A stretch of 64,000 nucleotides of DNA from Acidobacteriota bacterium (GTDB taxonomy: Bacteria; Acidobacteriota; Aminicenantia; Aminicenantales; Saccharicenantaceae), in contig JADBLN010000116.1 of the NCBI GenBank assembly GCA_014894455.1, positions 9,393-73,392 of the forward strand. The letters are read 5' to 3'. This document shows, piece by piece, positions 9,899 to 17,881 of this stretch (position 1 is its first letter; each line of letters starts with the position of its first letter). Under the pieces are notes generated by a model. That model was not told where the DNA came from and did no database searches. It was given only the letters and a program-made list of their open reading frames with translations. Position numbers and translations under genes: made by a program.

Positions 9899-10813
9899 AT
9901 GCGCATGCGAAAAGCGGCAGCACTCGTCCTTTGCTGGGGAGCGTTCGCGGCCTTGCCGGCCCCGGCCCAGAGCCGTTTCCCGGCCGTCCTCGACGCGAAG
10001 TTCCAGGCGGCGGTCCGCGACGCCGAAACGGGCCTCGACGGCGTCCTCGGGCTCGCTCTGAAAGACCTCAAGACGGGGAAAACCTTCCTCATCAACGAGC
10101 GCGAAGTCTTTCCCCAGGCGAGCTCGATCAAGATCGCCATCCTCCTCGAGGCCTTCAAACAGGCGGAGGAGGGACGGCTCAAGCTCGACGAGTTCATCGC
10201 TCTCGAAGAGAGCCGGAAGGTCGCCGGCTCGGGAGTCCTCTTCTACCTTGGACAGCCCAGCCTTTCCCTCTCCATCCGGGACATCGCCGTCCTGATGGTC
10301 GTCCTCTCCGACAACACCGCGACGAACCTGCTTATCGACAAGGTCGGGATGGAGGCCGTCAACAAGAGGCTCGACGGCCTGGGCCTTCCCAAAACCCGCC
10401 TTCGCCGTAAAATGATGGACCTCAAAGCCGCTGCCGAGGGCCGGGAGAATGTTTCGACACCCCTCGAGATGCTGACGCTCCTCGAGACGGTCTGGAAGGG
10501 CGACATTCTCAAGGAGCCCTTCCGCAAGGACTTCCTCGACATCCTGGCCATCCCCAAGGACAGCCCGCTCCGCTCCGGCGTCCCCGAAGGGGTCGACGTC
10601 GCCGAGAAACCGGGCGAGCTCGAGGCCGTCAGGTGCGACTCTGGCATCGTCATGCTCCCCGGCCGCCCCTACGTCATCTGCGTCATGACGACCTACCTTA
10701 AGCGGGACACCGACGGCAATCCGGTCATAGCCAAAATATCCCGGCTCGCTTTCGAGCACTTCGCGCGGCTCGAGCGCTCGAGCGAGATCGGCCGGGTCGT
10801 GTCCGACAAGTAG
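9899..10813 (+). CDS. Exported class-A beta-lactamase-like serine hydrolase
   Basis: It has a signal peptide, an SxxK motif (SSIK), SDN, an omega-loop-like EGREN, and KPG in place of KTG. The substrate is unknown. Confidence 0.7.
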   Translation: MRMRKAAALVLCWGAFAALPAPAQSRFPAVLDAKFQAAVRDAETGLDGVLGLALKDLKTGKTFLINEREVFPQASSIKIAILLEAFKQAEEGRLKLDEFIALEESRKVAGSGVLFYLGQPSLSLSIRDIAVLMVVLSDNTATNLLIDKVGMEAVNKRLDGLGLPKTRLRRKMMDLKAAAEGRENVSTPLEMLTLLETVWKGDILKEPFRKDFLDILAIPKDSPLRSGVPEGVDVAEKPGELEAVRCDSGIVMLPGRPYVICVMTTYLKRDTDGNPVIAKISRLAFEHFARLERSSEIGRVVSDK

Positions 10814-10826
10814 CCCCGGGCTTCGG

Positions 10827-11951
10827 TCAGAAGAGGTCGCCCTCGACGCCGAGTCCCGGCTTGTCGTCGAGGACGAGCCTGTCCTTGACCGTCCGGACGC
10901 CGCGGAACGGGTCGTTCGAGATGAGCAGATTCCCGTCGAGGTCGGCGTAGTCGAAGAGCGAGGCCACGGCCGCTCCGGCCGAAATGCCCAGCGAGCTCTC
11001 GATCATGCACCCGATCATGAGTTTCAGCCCCAGGGACTTGGCCATGGCCGCCAGCCGGACGGCCTCCTGGACGCCGCCGCACTTCATGAGCTTGATGTTG
11101 ATGCCGTGGAAATAGGGGGCGATCCGCGGCAGGTCGGAAGCTTGGATGAGACTCTCGTCGGCGAAGACAGGGATCTTGACCCTCTCCTTGAGCCAGGCGT
11201 AATCCTGGAGTTGGGAGGCTGGCAGGGGCTGTTCGACGAGCTCGACGCCCAAGCCGGCCATCCAGTCGATCATCTCCAGGGCCTCCTCTTTCGTTTTCCA
11301 GCCCTCGTTGGCGTCGGCCCGCAGCGGCTTGGAGGTGACAGCCCGGATGCCCTCAAGGATCTTCCTGTCGTCTGCGGTGCCGACCTTGATCTTGTAGACG
11401 CCGAAATCCCCCGCGTCCCGGACCTTCTGCTGCATGACCGGCACTTCGTCGATGCCGATGGAGTAGGTCGTCGTGACGGTCTTCTCCCGGCCGAGGCCGA
11501 GGAACTTCCACAGCGGGACCTTGAGCCGCCTGCCGACCCAGTCCAGGATGGCCATGTCCAGAGCGGCTTTGGCCGCGTGCTCTCCCGGCCCGACGGCGTC
11601 AACCTCGCCGAAGCGGACGGCGTAGTCCCCCAGGTCCCTTTCGAGGACGGGGCGGGCCTTGTCGATGAAAGCCGCGGCGCTCTCCGCGGTTTCGTTGTAG
11701 CGGGCGATCGGGGCCGCTTCGCCCAGCCCGGCGACGCCGTCGCGCTCGATACGAACGTAGCAGTTGCGCCGCGTCGTCCAGGTCCCCCGCGACAGACCCC
11801 AGGCCTGCCGGAGCTTGAGCTCGTAAAGCTTGACCGTGACCCGCGTCTTCCCCGCCGCGCCGGCCCAGGCGTCGCGGACGGCCGCGCCGGGGGCGAAGAG
11901 AGAGCCCGCCGCGGCGGCCCCAGCCAGAGTCAGGAATTCTTTCCGTTTCAT
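10827..11951 (-). CDS. Enolase-superfamily dipeptide epimerase (L-Ala-D/L-Glu epimerase-like) with Tat-like signal
   Basis: It has the MR/MLE barrel pattern (YKIKVG, ...LRADANEGW..., ...VELVEQPL..., ...IKLMKCGG...). The N-terminus is MKRKEFLTLAGAAAAGSLFAPGAAVRDAWA. The start at ATG 11951 is behind GAGAGG. Confidence 0.75.
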   Translation of the reverse strand: MKRKEFLTLAGAAAAGSLFAPGAAVRDAWAGAAGKTRVTVKLYELKLRQAWGLSRGTWTTRRNCYVRIERDGVAGLGEAAPIARYNETAESAAAFIDKARPVLERDLGDYAVRFGEVDAVGPGEHAAKAALDMAILDWVGRRLKVPLWKFLGLGREKTVTTTYSIGIDEVPVMQQKVRDAGDFGVYKIKVGTADDRKILEGIRAVTSKPLRADANEGWKTKEEALEMIDWMAGLGVELVEQPLPASQLQDYAWLKERVKIPVFADESLIQASDLPRIAPYFHGINIKLMKCGGVQEAVRLAAMAKSLGLKLMIGCMIESSLGISAGAAVASLFDYADLDGNLLISNDPFRGVRTVKDRLVLDDKPGLGVEGDLF

Positions 11952-11970
11952 GGCGTCACCTCTCGCCGGC

Positions 11971-11999
11971 ATTATAACCCGAAATCGCCGATAAATAGA
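11971..11999 (-). promoter_or_regulatory. Candidate promoter TCTATT-17-TATAAT for the epimerase gene
   Basis: Read on the minus strand. The -10 is perfect (11971-11976) and the -35 is weak and AT-rich. Confidence 0.4.
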
Positions 12000-12021
12000 A
12001 AATCTGGAACTTTCGGGTTAT
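11974..12021. repeat. 11-bp perfect inverted repeat ATAACCCGAAA / TTTCGGGTTAT, 26-nt spacer
   Basis: The arms lie at 11974-11984 and 12011-12021. They overlap the -10 of the epimerase promoter and the -35 of the NlpC/P60 promoter. Confidence 0.8.
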
Positions 12022-12046
12022 CATGGCAAGCCGATTTTGGTATGAT
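12018..12046 (+). promoter_or_regulatory. Candidate promoter TTATCA-17-(TGg)TATGAT for the NlpC/P60 gene
   Basis: Hexamers lie at 12018-12023 and 12041-12046, with an extended -10 TG. AAGGAGG lies before ATG 12071. Confidence 0.45.
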
Positions 12047-12070
12047 AAGGACTCGCAAGGAGGTCCGAAA

Positions 12071-12976
12071 ATGAAGAAATCGCCGACTGTCATCGTCCTG
12101 CTCGTCGTTCTTGCCGGTCTGGCCTTCCCGGCGGTCCAGCAGCCCGCCGGTCCGGCCGCGGCTGTCGTGATCAACACCGCCGAGAACATGCACAGCCGCT
12201 CGACCTCGTCGTCCGACGTGGTCAGCCAGGCCCTGCTCGGCGACAACGTCCGGATCCTCAAGAAAGAGAGGAACGCCGACGGCGAAGACTGGTACCAGGT
12301 CGAAACGCCCGATACCTATAAGGGCTGGGTCGTCTCTTCGGCCCTGAGATTCCTCAAGCCGGGCGAAAAGCCCTACGCCTCCTCAGGAAAGATCTTCGTC
12401 GTCACCGCCCTCCTGGCCAACACCTATCGCGAGCCGGACGTCACCAAGCACAAGCCCGTCAAGGTCGCCCCGATCAGCGCGGTCCTCGAGGTCGTCGGAG
12501 AACGAGACACGCGCTGGCTCGAGGTCAACCTCCCCTGCGGGACGAAGGTCTGGATCCAGCGGGGCGACGGCGAGGTCCGCGAGGCGCCCATGGTCTGGCC
12601 GCGGACGTCTTGCGAAGACATGGTCGCCCTATCGAAGCGCTTCATCGGGCTCCCCTACTTCTGGGGCGGGACGTCCCCCCTCGGCCTCGACTGCTCGGGC
12701 TTCGTCCAGCTCGTCTACAAGATGGGCGGCCTCCCGATCCTCAGGGACGCGGATATCCAGTTCGAGGGAAGCGGGCTCGTTGCGGTCGCGGCCGGGGAGG
12801 AAACGGCGGGAGACCTCGTATTTTTCGGCAAGAACATCGGCCACGTCGGCATGATGATCAACTCCGAGGAATTCATCAACGCCACGGTTCACGAGAAGCC
12901 CATCGTCCAGATCTCGCGTCTCAAGGACGCCTACTGGCAGAAGATCTACCAGGGCGCGCGGCGTCCCAAGCAGTAA
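12071..12976 (+). CDS. Exported NlpC/P60 peptidase with SH3b domains (YkfC-like gamma-D-glutamyl endopeptidase family)
   Basis: It has a signal peptide, two SH3b-like segments (WYQVETPDTYKGWV; WLEVNLPCGTKVWI) and a catalytic Cys/His (DCSGFVQLVYK, GHVGMM). Confidence 0.8.
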   Translation: MKKSPTVIVLLVVLAGLAFPAVQQPAGPAAAVVINTAENMHSRSTSSSDVVSQALLGDNVRILKKERNADGEDWYQVETPDTYKGWVVSSALRFLKPGEKPYASSGKIFVVTALLANTYREPDVTKHKPVKVAPISAVLEVVGERDTRWLEVNLPCGTKVWIQRGDGEVREAPMVWPRTSCEDMVALSKRFIGLPYFWGGTSPLGLDCSGFVQLVYKMGGLPILRDADIQFEGSGLVAVAAGEETAGDLVFFGKNIGHVGMMINSEEFINATVHEKPIVQISRLKDAYWQKIYQGARRPKQ

Positions 12977-12984
12977 CGCTATTT

Positions 12985-13014
12985 AAAAAAAAAGGGACAC
13001 GTACCGGAGGTACG
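12985..13014 (-). terminator. Weak hairpin plus T9 on minus strand (possible second terminator)
   Basis: On the minus strand a CGTACC-TCC-GGTACG stem (13014-13000) is followed by TGTCCC and then T9 (12993-12985). Confidence 0.3.
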
Positions 13015-13043
13015 GCAGGGAGCGGAGTCTTCGAAGCGACCGA

Positions 13044-13080
13044 TAGAAGTGCGGCTGAGCGACTCGAAGCCGCACTTCTA
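13044..13080. repeat. 12-bp perfect hairpin TAGAAGTGCGGC / GCCGCACTTCTA, 13-nt loop
   Basis: Read directly from the sequence. It lies in the convergent intergenic region between the NlpC/P60 gene and rplQ. Confidence 0.8.
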
Positions 13081-13101
13081 GGAAATATCTTAAACGAGAA
13101 C

Positions 13102-13130
13102 AAAAAAAGGGCCCGGCAAGCGCCGGGCCC
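13102..13130 (-). terminator. Rho-independent terminator of the alpha operon (after rplQ)
   Basis: On the minus strand a GGGCCCGGC-GCTT-GCCGGGCCC hairpin is followed by T7 (13108-13102). It lies 22 nt after the rplQ stop. Confidence 0.75.
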
Positions 13131-13151
13131 GGTATGTCTAGTTCGGGTAGC

Positions 13152-13565
13152 CTACTTCGCGGCCGGCTTCTTGCCGTCCTTGGCTTTCTTCTTGGTCTTC
13201 TTTTTGAATTCCGCGCCGACGAGCTCGAGCATGGCCATCGAGGCGCCGTCCCCGGCCCGTTTGTCGAGCTTGACGATCCGGGTGTAGCCGCCCGGCCTCT
13301 CGGCAAAGCGCGGCCCGAGCTCCGTGAAGAGCTTCTGCACGGCCGCCTCCTTGGTCATATAAGCCAGGGCCTGGCGGCGGGCATGCAGGGTGCCCCGCTT
13401 GGCCAGCGTGATCATCTTTTCAGCGACGGGGCGGGCCGCGCGGGCCTTGGCCAAGGTCGTCCGTATCCGCTCGCACTCGAGGAACGACGTCACCATGTTG
13501 CGCAAGAGCGCCCGGCGGTGGGCGGTGTCCCTCCCGAGTTTTCCCTTCTTGACCTGGTGCCTCAT
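13152..13565 (-). CDS. rplQ: 50S ribosomal protein L17
   Basis: The N-terminus is [24 protein letters not shown]. It is the last gene of the alpha operon. Confidence 0.97.
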   Translation of the reverse strand: MRHQVKKGKLGRDTAHRRALLRNMVTSFLECERIRTTLAKARAARPVAEKMITLAKRGTLHARRQALAYMTKEAAVQKLFTELGPRFAERPGGYTRIVKLDKRAGDGASMAMLELVGAEFKKKTKKKAKDGKKPAAK

Positions 13566-14593
13566 GCCTCCGTCTCCTTCTCGGGCATGCCTTCTTTGAT
13601 GTCCGCCTGGATCCTCTCGACGAGCCGGGGGTGGAGCTCGAGGTTCAGCCCGAGGTTCATATTGATCAGAGTCTCCTTGATCTCGGCCAGAGACTTGCGG
13701 CCGAAGTTCTTGGTCTTGAGGAGCTCGTCCTCGGTCTTCAGCACGAGCTCGTAGATCCTCTCGATGCCGGCCGAGCGGAGGCAGTTGTTGGACCGGACCG
13801 ACAGCTCCAGGTGGTCGATCGTCTTAGCCAGGATGTCGGCCTGGAGCAGGTACGGGATCTCCTTCTTCGACGTGGCCGTCTCCCGTTCGAGGGGCTCGTC
13901 GACGATGTTCAGGAAGATCCCCAGGTGGTCGCGCATGATCTTGGCCGCCTGGGACAGGGCGTCCATGGGCCGGAGGGCACCGGTCGTCCAGATCTCCAGG
14001 GTCAGGCTCTCGTAGTCGATCCTCTTGCCGACGCGGGCCGGCTCGACCTTGTAGTTGACTTTGAGGACGGGCGAATGGGAGGAGTCGAGGGGGATGTAAT
14101 CGAGGCTCTGCTCCTCGTCGAAATTCTGGTCGGCCGGGATGTAGCCGCGGCCGTTCTTGACGACCATCTCGACCTCGAGCGTCCCGTCGGTGTCGAGGGA
14201 GGCGATGCTGACGTTCTCGTCGAGGATCTCGATGTCGGAATCGCGGGCGATGTCGGACGATTTGACCAGGACGGGGCCGGTCTTCTTGAGGGTCATCCGC
14301 TTCGGCTCGTTCCCCTGGAGCTTCAGGGGGATGCTCTTGAGGTTGAGGATGATGTCGGTGACGTCTTCCACGACCCCGGGAATGGTCGAGAACTCGTGGA
14401 GAACGCCTTGGAGGCGGACGGCCGTGATAGCGGCTCCGGTGACCGACGAAAGGAGGATCCGCCGCAGGGCGTTGCCCACGGTCACCCCGTATCCCCGCTC
14501 GAACGGCTGGGCTTGGAAGCGCCCGTACTGCCCGGTCAGCGTGTCGAAATCGCACTCCAAGTTCTTGGGTCTCTGGAAATTCATTTCTGTCAT
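13562..14593 (-). CDS. rpoA: DNA-directed RNA polymerase subunit alpha
   Basis: It shows full-length alpha NTD/CTD similarity ([17 protein letters not shown]...; [15 protein letters not shown]). Confidence 0.97.
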   Translation of the reverse strand: MTEMNFQRPKNLECDFDTLTGQYGRFQAQPFERGYGVTVGNALRRILLSSVTGAAITAVRLQGVLHEFSTIPGVVEDVTDIILNLKSIPLKLQGNEPKRMTLKKTGPVLVKSSDIARDSDIEILDENVSIASLDTDGTLEVEMVVKNGRGYIPADQNFDEEQSLDYIPLDSSHSPVLKVNYKVEPARVGKRIDYESLTLEIWTTGALRPMDALSQAAKIMRDHLGIFLNIVDEPLERETATSKKEIPYLLQADILAKTIDHLELSVRSNNCLRSAGIERIYELVLKTEDELLKTKNFGRKSLAEIKETLINMNLGLNLELHPRLVERIQADIKEGMPEKETEA

Positions 14594-14635
14594 GTGACCT
14601 CCTTTGGGAGATGTCCTCCAATCGGTCCGGGGACC

Positions 14636-15262
14636 TTACTTGGAGTACAGCTCGACGACCAGGTGTTCCTCGACCGGAAGGGTGACGTCCTGGCGCGTAG
14701 GAAGCGCGCGGACCTTCCCCTTCAAGTTCTCCCAATCCACCTCGAGCCAGCCGGGAACGGTCTTCGACCGGTTCGAGGCGACGACGGCCTTGACGTCCTC
14801 GCTCTTGGCCGACCGCGGCCTGAAGGCGACGACGTCCCCCGTCTTGACCAGGGCGGACGGGATGTCGGCCCTGTGGTTATTGAGCCGGAAGTGCCCGTGG
14901 CCGATGAGCTGGCGGGCGTGCCCCCGGGACAGGGAAAATCCCATCAGGTAAACGACGTTGTCCAGCCTCCGTTCGAGCATGGATAGAAGGTTCTCGCCGG
15001 TGATCCCCTTCTGCCGCTCGGCCCGTTCGAAGAAGAACCGGAACTGCTCCTCGGACATACCGTAGAACCTTTTGAGCTTCTGCTTCTCGCGGAGCTGGAT
15101 GGCGTAGCCCAGCACCCTCTTCCTTGAACGCCCGTGCTGTCCCGGAGGGTAGGCTCGCCGTTCGAGGGGGCACTTCTCCGTCAGGCACTTGTGGCCCTTG
15201 ATGAACAGCTTGGTCTTCTCGACGCGGCAGAGCCGGCAATCGGCTCCTTCGTATTTCGCCAT
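14636..15262 (-). CDS. rpsD: 30S ribosomal protein S4 (Zn-finger form)
   Basis: It has CRLCR...CLTEKC and an S4 domain, and sits at the expected operon position. Confidence 0.97.
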   Translation of the reverse strand: MAKYEGADCRLCRVEKTKLFIKGHKCLTEKCPLERRAYPPGQHGRSRKRVLGYAIQLREKQKLKRFYGMSEEQFRFFFERAERQKGITGENLLSMLERRLDNVVYLMGFSLSRGHARQLIGHGHFRLNNHRADIPSALVKTGDVVAFRPRSAKSEDVKAVVASNRSKTVPGWLEVDWENLKGKVRALPTRQDVTLPVEEHLVVELYSK

Positions 15263-15281
15263 GGTGCTCTCCTTCCGGCCC

Positions 15282-15668
15282 TCAGACCCGCCGCCGGCGG
15301 CGGACCCGGCAGCCGTTGTGCGGGATGGGCGTCACGTCCTTGATGGATTTGATCTCGATGCCGGCCGCCTGCATGGCGCGGATGCTGGACTCCCGTCCCG
15401 CGCCCGGTCCCTTGAGTCGGACGTCGACGTAGCGGAGGCCGAACTCCCGGGCCTTGGTGGCCACGTCCTTGGCCGCGAGCTGGGCGGCGAAGGGCGTCCC
15501 CTTGCGGGCCCCCTTGAAACCGGACGTGCCGGCGCTGGCCCAGACGAGGGTCGCGCCCACGTGGTCGGTGATGGTGATGATCGTATTGTTGAAGGTAGAC
15601 TGGATGTGGGCCACCCCGAATCCGATTTCCCTTCGGGTCTTTTTCTTCTTGACGTTTGATTTAGGCAT
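15282..15668 (-). CDS. rpsK: 30S ribosomal protein S11
   Basis: It contains [18 protein letters not shown]...[14 protein letters not shown]. Confidence 0.97.
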   Translation of the reverse strand: MPKSNVKKKKTRREIGFGVAHIQSTFNNTIITITDHVGATLVWASAGTSGFKGARKGTPFAAQLAAKDVATKAREFGLRYVDVRLKGPGAGRESSIRAMQAAGIEIKSIKDVTPIPHNGCRVRRRRRV

Positions 15669-15683
15669 GTCCGCTGGCCCTCC

Positions 15684-16064
15684 TTACGCTTTCTTGTCTT
15701 TGAGTTTCTTGATCCGCTGACCGCGGGCGCCCTTGCGGGTCCGGGCGTTAGTCTTCGTCCGCTGGCCCCGAACGGGAAGTTTCTTCTTGTGCCGGAGGCC
15801 CCGGTAGCAGCCGATGTCCACGAGCCGCTTGATGTTCATGGCGACTTCCTGGCGGAGGTCGCCTTCGATCTTCTCCCGCTTTTCGATGATCTGGCGGATC
15901 TTGTTGACCTCGTCCTCGGACAGGGCCTTGACCTTCTTGTTCCGGTCGATCTTGGCTTCGTCCAGGATCTTGCGGGACTTGGAGCTGCCGATCCCATAGA
16001 TGTAGGTCAGCCCGACCTCGATCCGCTTTTCGGGGGGGAGCGTAATGCCTGCGATTCTTGCCAT
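15684..16064 (-). CDS. rpsM: 30S ribosomal protein S13
   Basis: It contains [26 protein letters not shown]. Confidence 0.97.
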   Translation of the reverse strand: MARIAGITLPPEKRIEVGLTYIYGIGSSKSRKILDEAKIDRNKKVKALSEDEVNKIRQIIEKREKIEGDLRQEVAMNIKRLVDIGCYRGLRHKKKLPVRGQRTKTNARTRKGARGQRIKKLKDKKA

Positions 16065-16075
16065 GTTGACCTCGT

Positions 16076-16189
16076 TTATCCCTGTTTTTGTTTATGCCTC
16101 GGGTTGGAGCAGATGACCCGCACCACGCCCTTGCGCCGGACGATCTTGCAGTTCCGGCAGATTTTCTTCACGGATGCTTTGACTTTCAT
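16076..16189 (-). CDS. rpmJ: 50S ribosomal protein L36 (Zn form)
   Basis: This gene is not in the ORF track because it is under 60 aa. My translation is [37 protein letters not shown], 37 codons plus TAA. Confidence 0.95.
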   Translation of the reverse strand: MKVKASVKKICRNCKIVRRKGVVRVICSNPRHKQKQG

Positions 16190-16201
16190 CGTCCCGTCCT
16201 T

Positions 16202-16420
16202 TTATTTGAATCGATAGGTGATGCGTCCCTTGGTCAGGTCGTAGGGCGAGAGCTCCAGGAGGACACGGTCGCCGGGCAGGATGCGGATGAAATGCTTGCG
16301 CATCTTCCCGGAGATGTGGGCCAGGATGACGTGCTTGTTGGAGAGCTCCACCCGGAACATGGCGTTCGGGAGAGTTTCCCGGACCACGCCTTCGGCTTCG
16401 AACATGTCCTGTCTAGGCAT
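16202..16420 (-). CDS. infA: Translation initiation factor IF-1
   Basis: It has an S1-like fold sequence ([31 protein letters not shown]). Confidence 0.97.
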   Translation of the reverse strand: MPRQDMFEAEGVVRETLPNAMFRVELSNKHVILAHISGKMRKHFIRILPGDRVLLELSPYDLTKGRITYRFK

Positions 16421-17213
16421 GGGGGCTCTCCTTGAGGAGGGATGGCCGCGGCCGGGCGGCGGCCGGCGTCCTCGCGCTCAGAATCTCCGGCCCGTTCTCG
16501 GTCATGGCCACCGTGTGCTCGAAATGGGCCGAGAGGCTCCGGTCCCGTGTCACGGCCGTCCAGCCGTCCTCCAGGATCTCGACCTCGTAGCCGCCGGCGG
16601 CGATCATGGGCTCGATGGCCAGGGTCATCCCCGGCCGGAGCTTCGGCCCGCGCCCCGGCGCCCCGAAATTCGGCACTTGGGGTTCCTCGTGGAGGGCCCG
16701 GCCGATGCCGTGGCCGATGAACTGGCGGATGACGGAAAAACCCTCGCTCTCGACCGACTGCTGGACGGCGGCCGAGATGTCGGATAGGCGGTTCCCCTCT
16801 TTCATCTGCTCGAGGCCCTTGAAGAACGACCGTTCGGCCGCGGCGACGAGCTTCAGGGCCTCCGGGCTCGTCCGGCCGACGGGGACGGTCAGGGCCGAGT
16901 CGCTGAAGAAGCCCTCGTAGAGGACGCCGAAATCGAGGCTGACGATGTCGCCCTCTTGGAGGATCCGGCCCGAAGGAATGCCGTGGATGATCTCCTCGTT
17001 GACCGAGATGCAGACCGAGGCCGGGTAGCCCCGGTAGCCCTTGAACGCCGGGACGGCCCCGAGTTCGCGGGTCCTCTTCTCGGCGTAGAGGTCGAGGTCG
17101 CGCGTCCGGATCCCGGGCCGGATGAGCGGTTCGAGCTCCCCGAGGACCGCGGCCACGATGCGGCTGCTCTGCCGCATGGCCTCGAGTTCGGCGGCCGACT
17201 TGTAGATGATCAT
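16413..17213 (-). CDS. map: Type I methionine aminopeptidase
   Basis: It has the pita-bread metal ligand pattern (DIVSLDFG..., [11 protein letters not shown]..., LAIEPM...). Confidence 0.95.
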   Translation of the reverse strand: MIIYKSAAELEAMRQSSRIVAAVLGELEPLIRPGIRTRDLDLYAEKRTRELGAVPAFKGYRGYPASVCISVNEEIIHGIPSGRILQEGDIVSLDFGVLYEGFFSDSALTVPVGRTSPEALKLVAAAERSFFKGLEQMKEGNRLSDISAAVQQSVESEGFSVIRQFIGHGIGRALHEEPQVPNFGAPGRGPKLRPGMTLAIEPMIAAGGYEVEILEDGWTAVTRDRSLSAHFEHTVAMTENGPEILSARTPAAARPRPSLLKESPHA

Positions 17214-17881
17214 CCTCGACCTCGTGACGACCCGATCTCGCCCATGACGGCGTCCAGGATCTTCTTGACCTCGGCGAAGATCGCCGCGGGCGTCAGGCCG
17301 CCATCGATCCTGTGGAGAGTCCCCTTGGCCGCGTAACGGGCGATCAGGGGCTCGGTTTTCTCGCGATGGGTCTTGAGCCGCTCCGCGATGACCTCGGGCC
17401 TGTCGTCGGCCCTCTGGACGAGCGCGGTCCCGCAGACGTCGCAGACGTCGTCCTTTTTCGGCGGCTTATTGATGACGTGGTAGATCGCCTCGCACGAAGG
17501 GCAGGTCCTCCGGTTGGTCAGCCGGCGGAGGATGACATCCTCTCCGACCTGGAGGTCGAAGACGACCTCCGGCCCGGGCGCGCCGAGCGCCTCCAGGCTC
17601 TCGGCCTGGGCGATGTTGCGCGGGAACCCGTCGAGGGTGTACCCGTCGCGGCAATCCTCGCGGGCCAACCGCTCGCCGAGGAGTGCCAGGACGGTCGCGT
17701 CGTCGACGAGGCCGCCCTTGCCCATCTGGGCTTCGGCCTTCAGGCCGAGGGGGGTCCGCTCCCGGACGGCGGCGCGAAGCAGGTCTCCCGTGGAGATCTT
17801 GGGGAAGCCGTAGGCAGAACGAAGGTCTTCGGCCACGGTCCCCTTCCCGCTTCCGGGCGCGCCCAGGAGGATGATCCTCAT
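17210..17881 (-). CDS. adk: Adenylate kinase (Zn-lid form)
   Basis: It begins MRIILLGAPGSGKGT and has a lid with CPSC...CDVCG. Its start overlaps the secY stop (ATGA). Confidence 0.95.
   Translation of the reverse strand: MRIILLGAPGSGKGTVAEDLRSAYGFPKISTGDLLRAAVRERTPLGLKAEAQMGKGGLVDDATVLALLGERLAREDCRDGYTLDGFPRNIAQAESLEALGAPGPEVVFDLQVGEDVILRRLTNRRTCPSCEAIYHVINKPPKKDDVCDVCGTALVQRADDRPEVIAERLKTHREKTEPLIARYAAKGTLHRIDGGLTPAAIFAEVKKILDAVMGEIGSSRGRG

Noticed and set aside
12994-13005. The 12-mer GGGACACGTACC after the NlpC/P60 gene is identical to the reverse complement of the right arm of the thyX/polX hairpin (55005-55016), which hints at a shared repeat family.
   Set aside because: Only 12 nt match, and the flanks diverge (one is a full 17-bp hairpin, the other a 6-bp stem). 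With a few kb of intergenic sequence compared on both strands, a single 12-mer coincidence is not statistically compelling. A genome-wide search would be needed.
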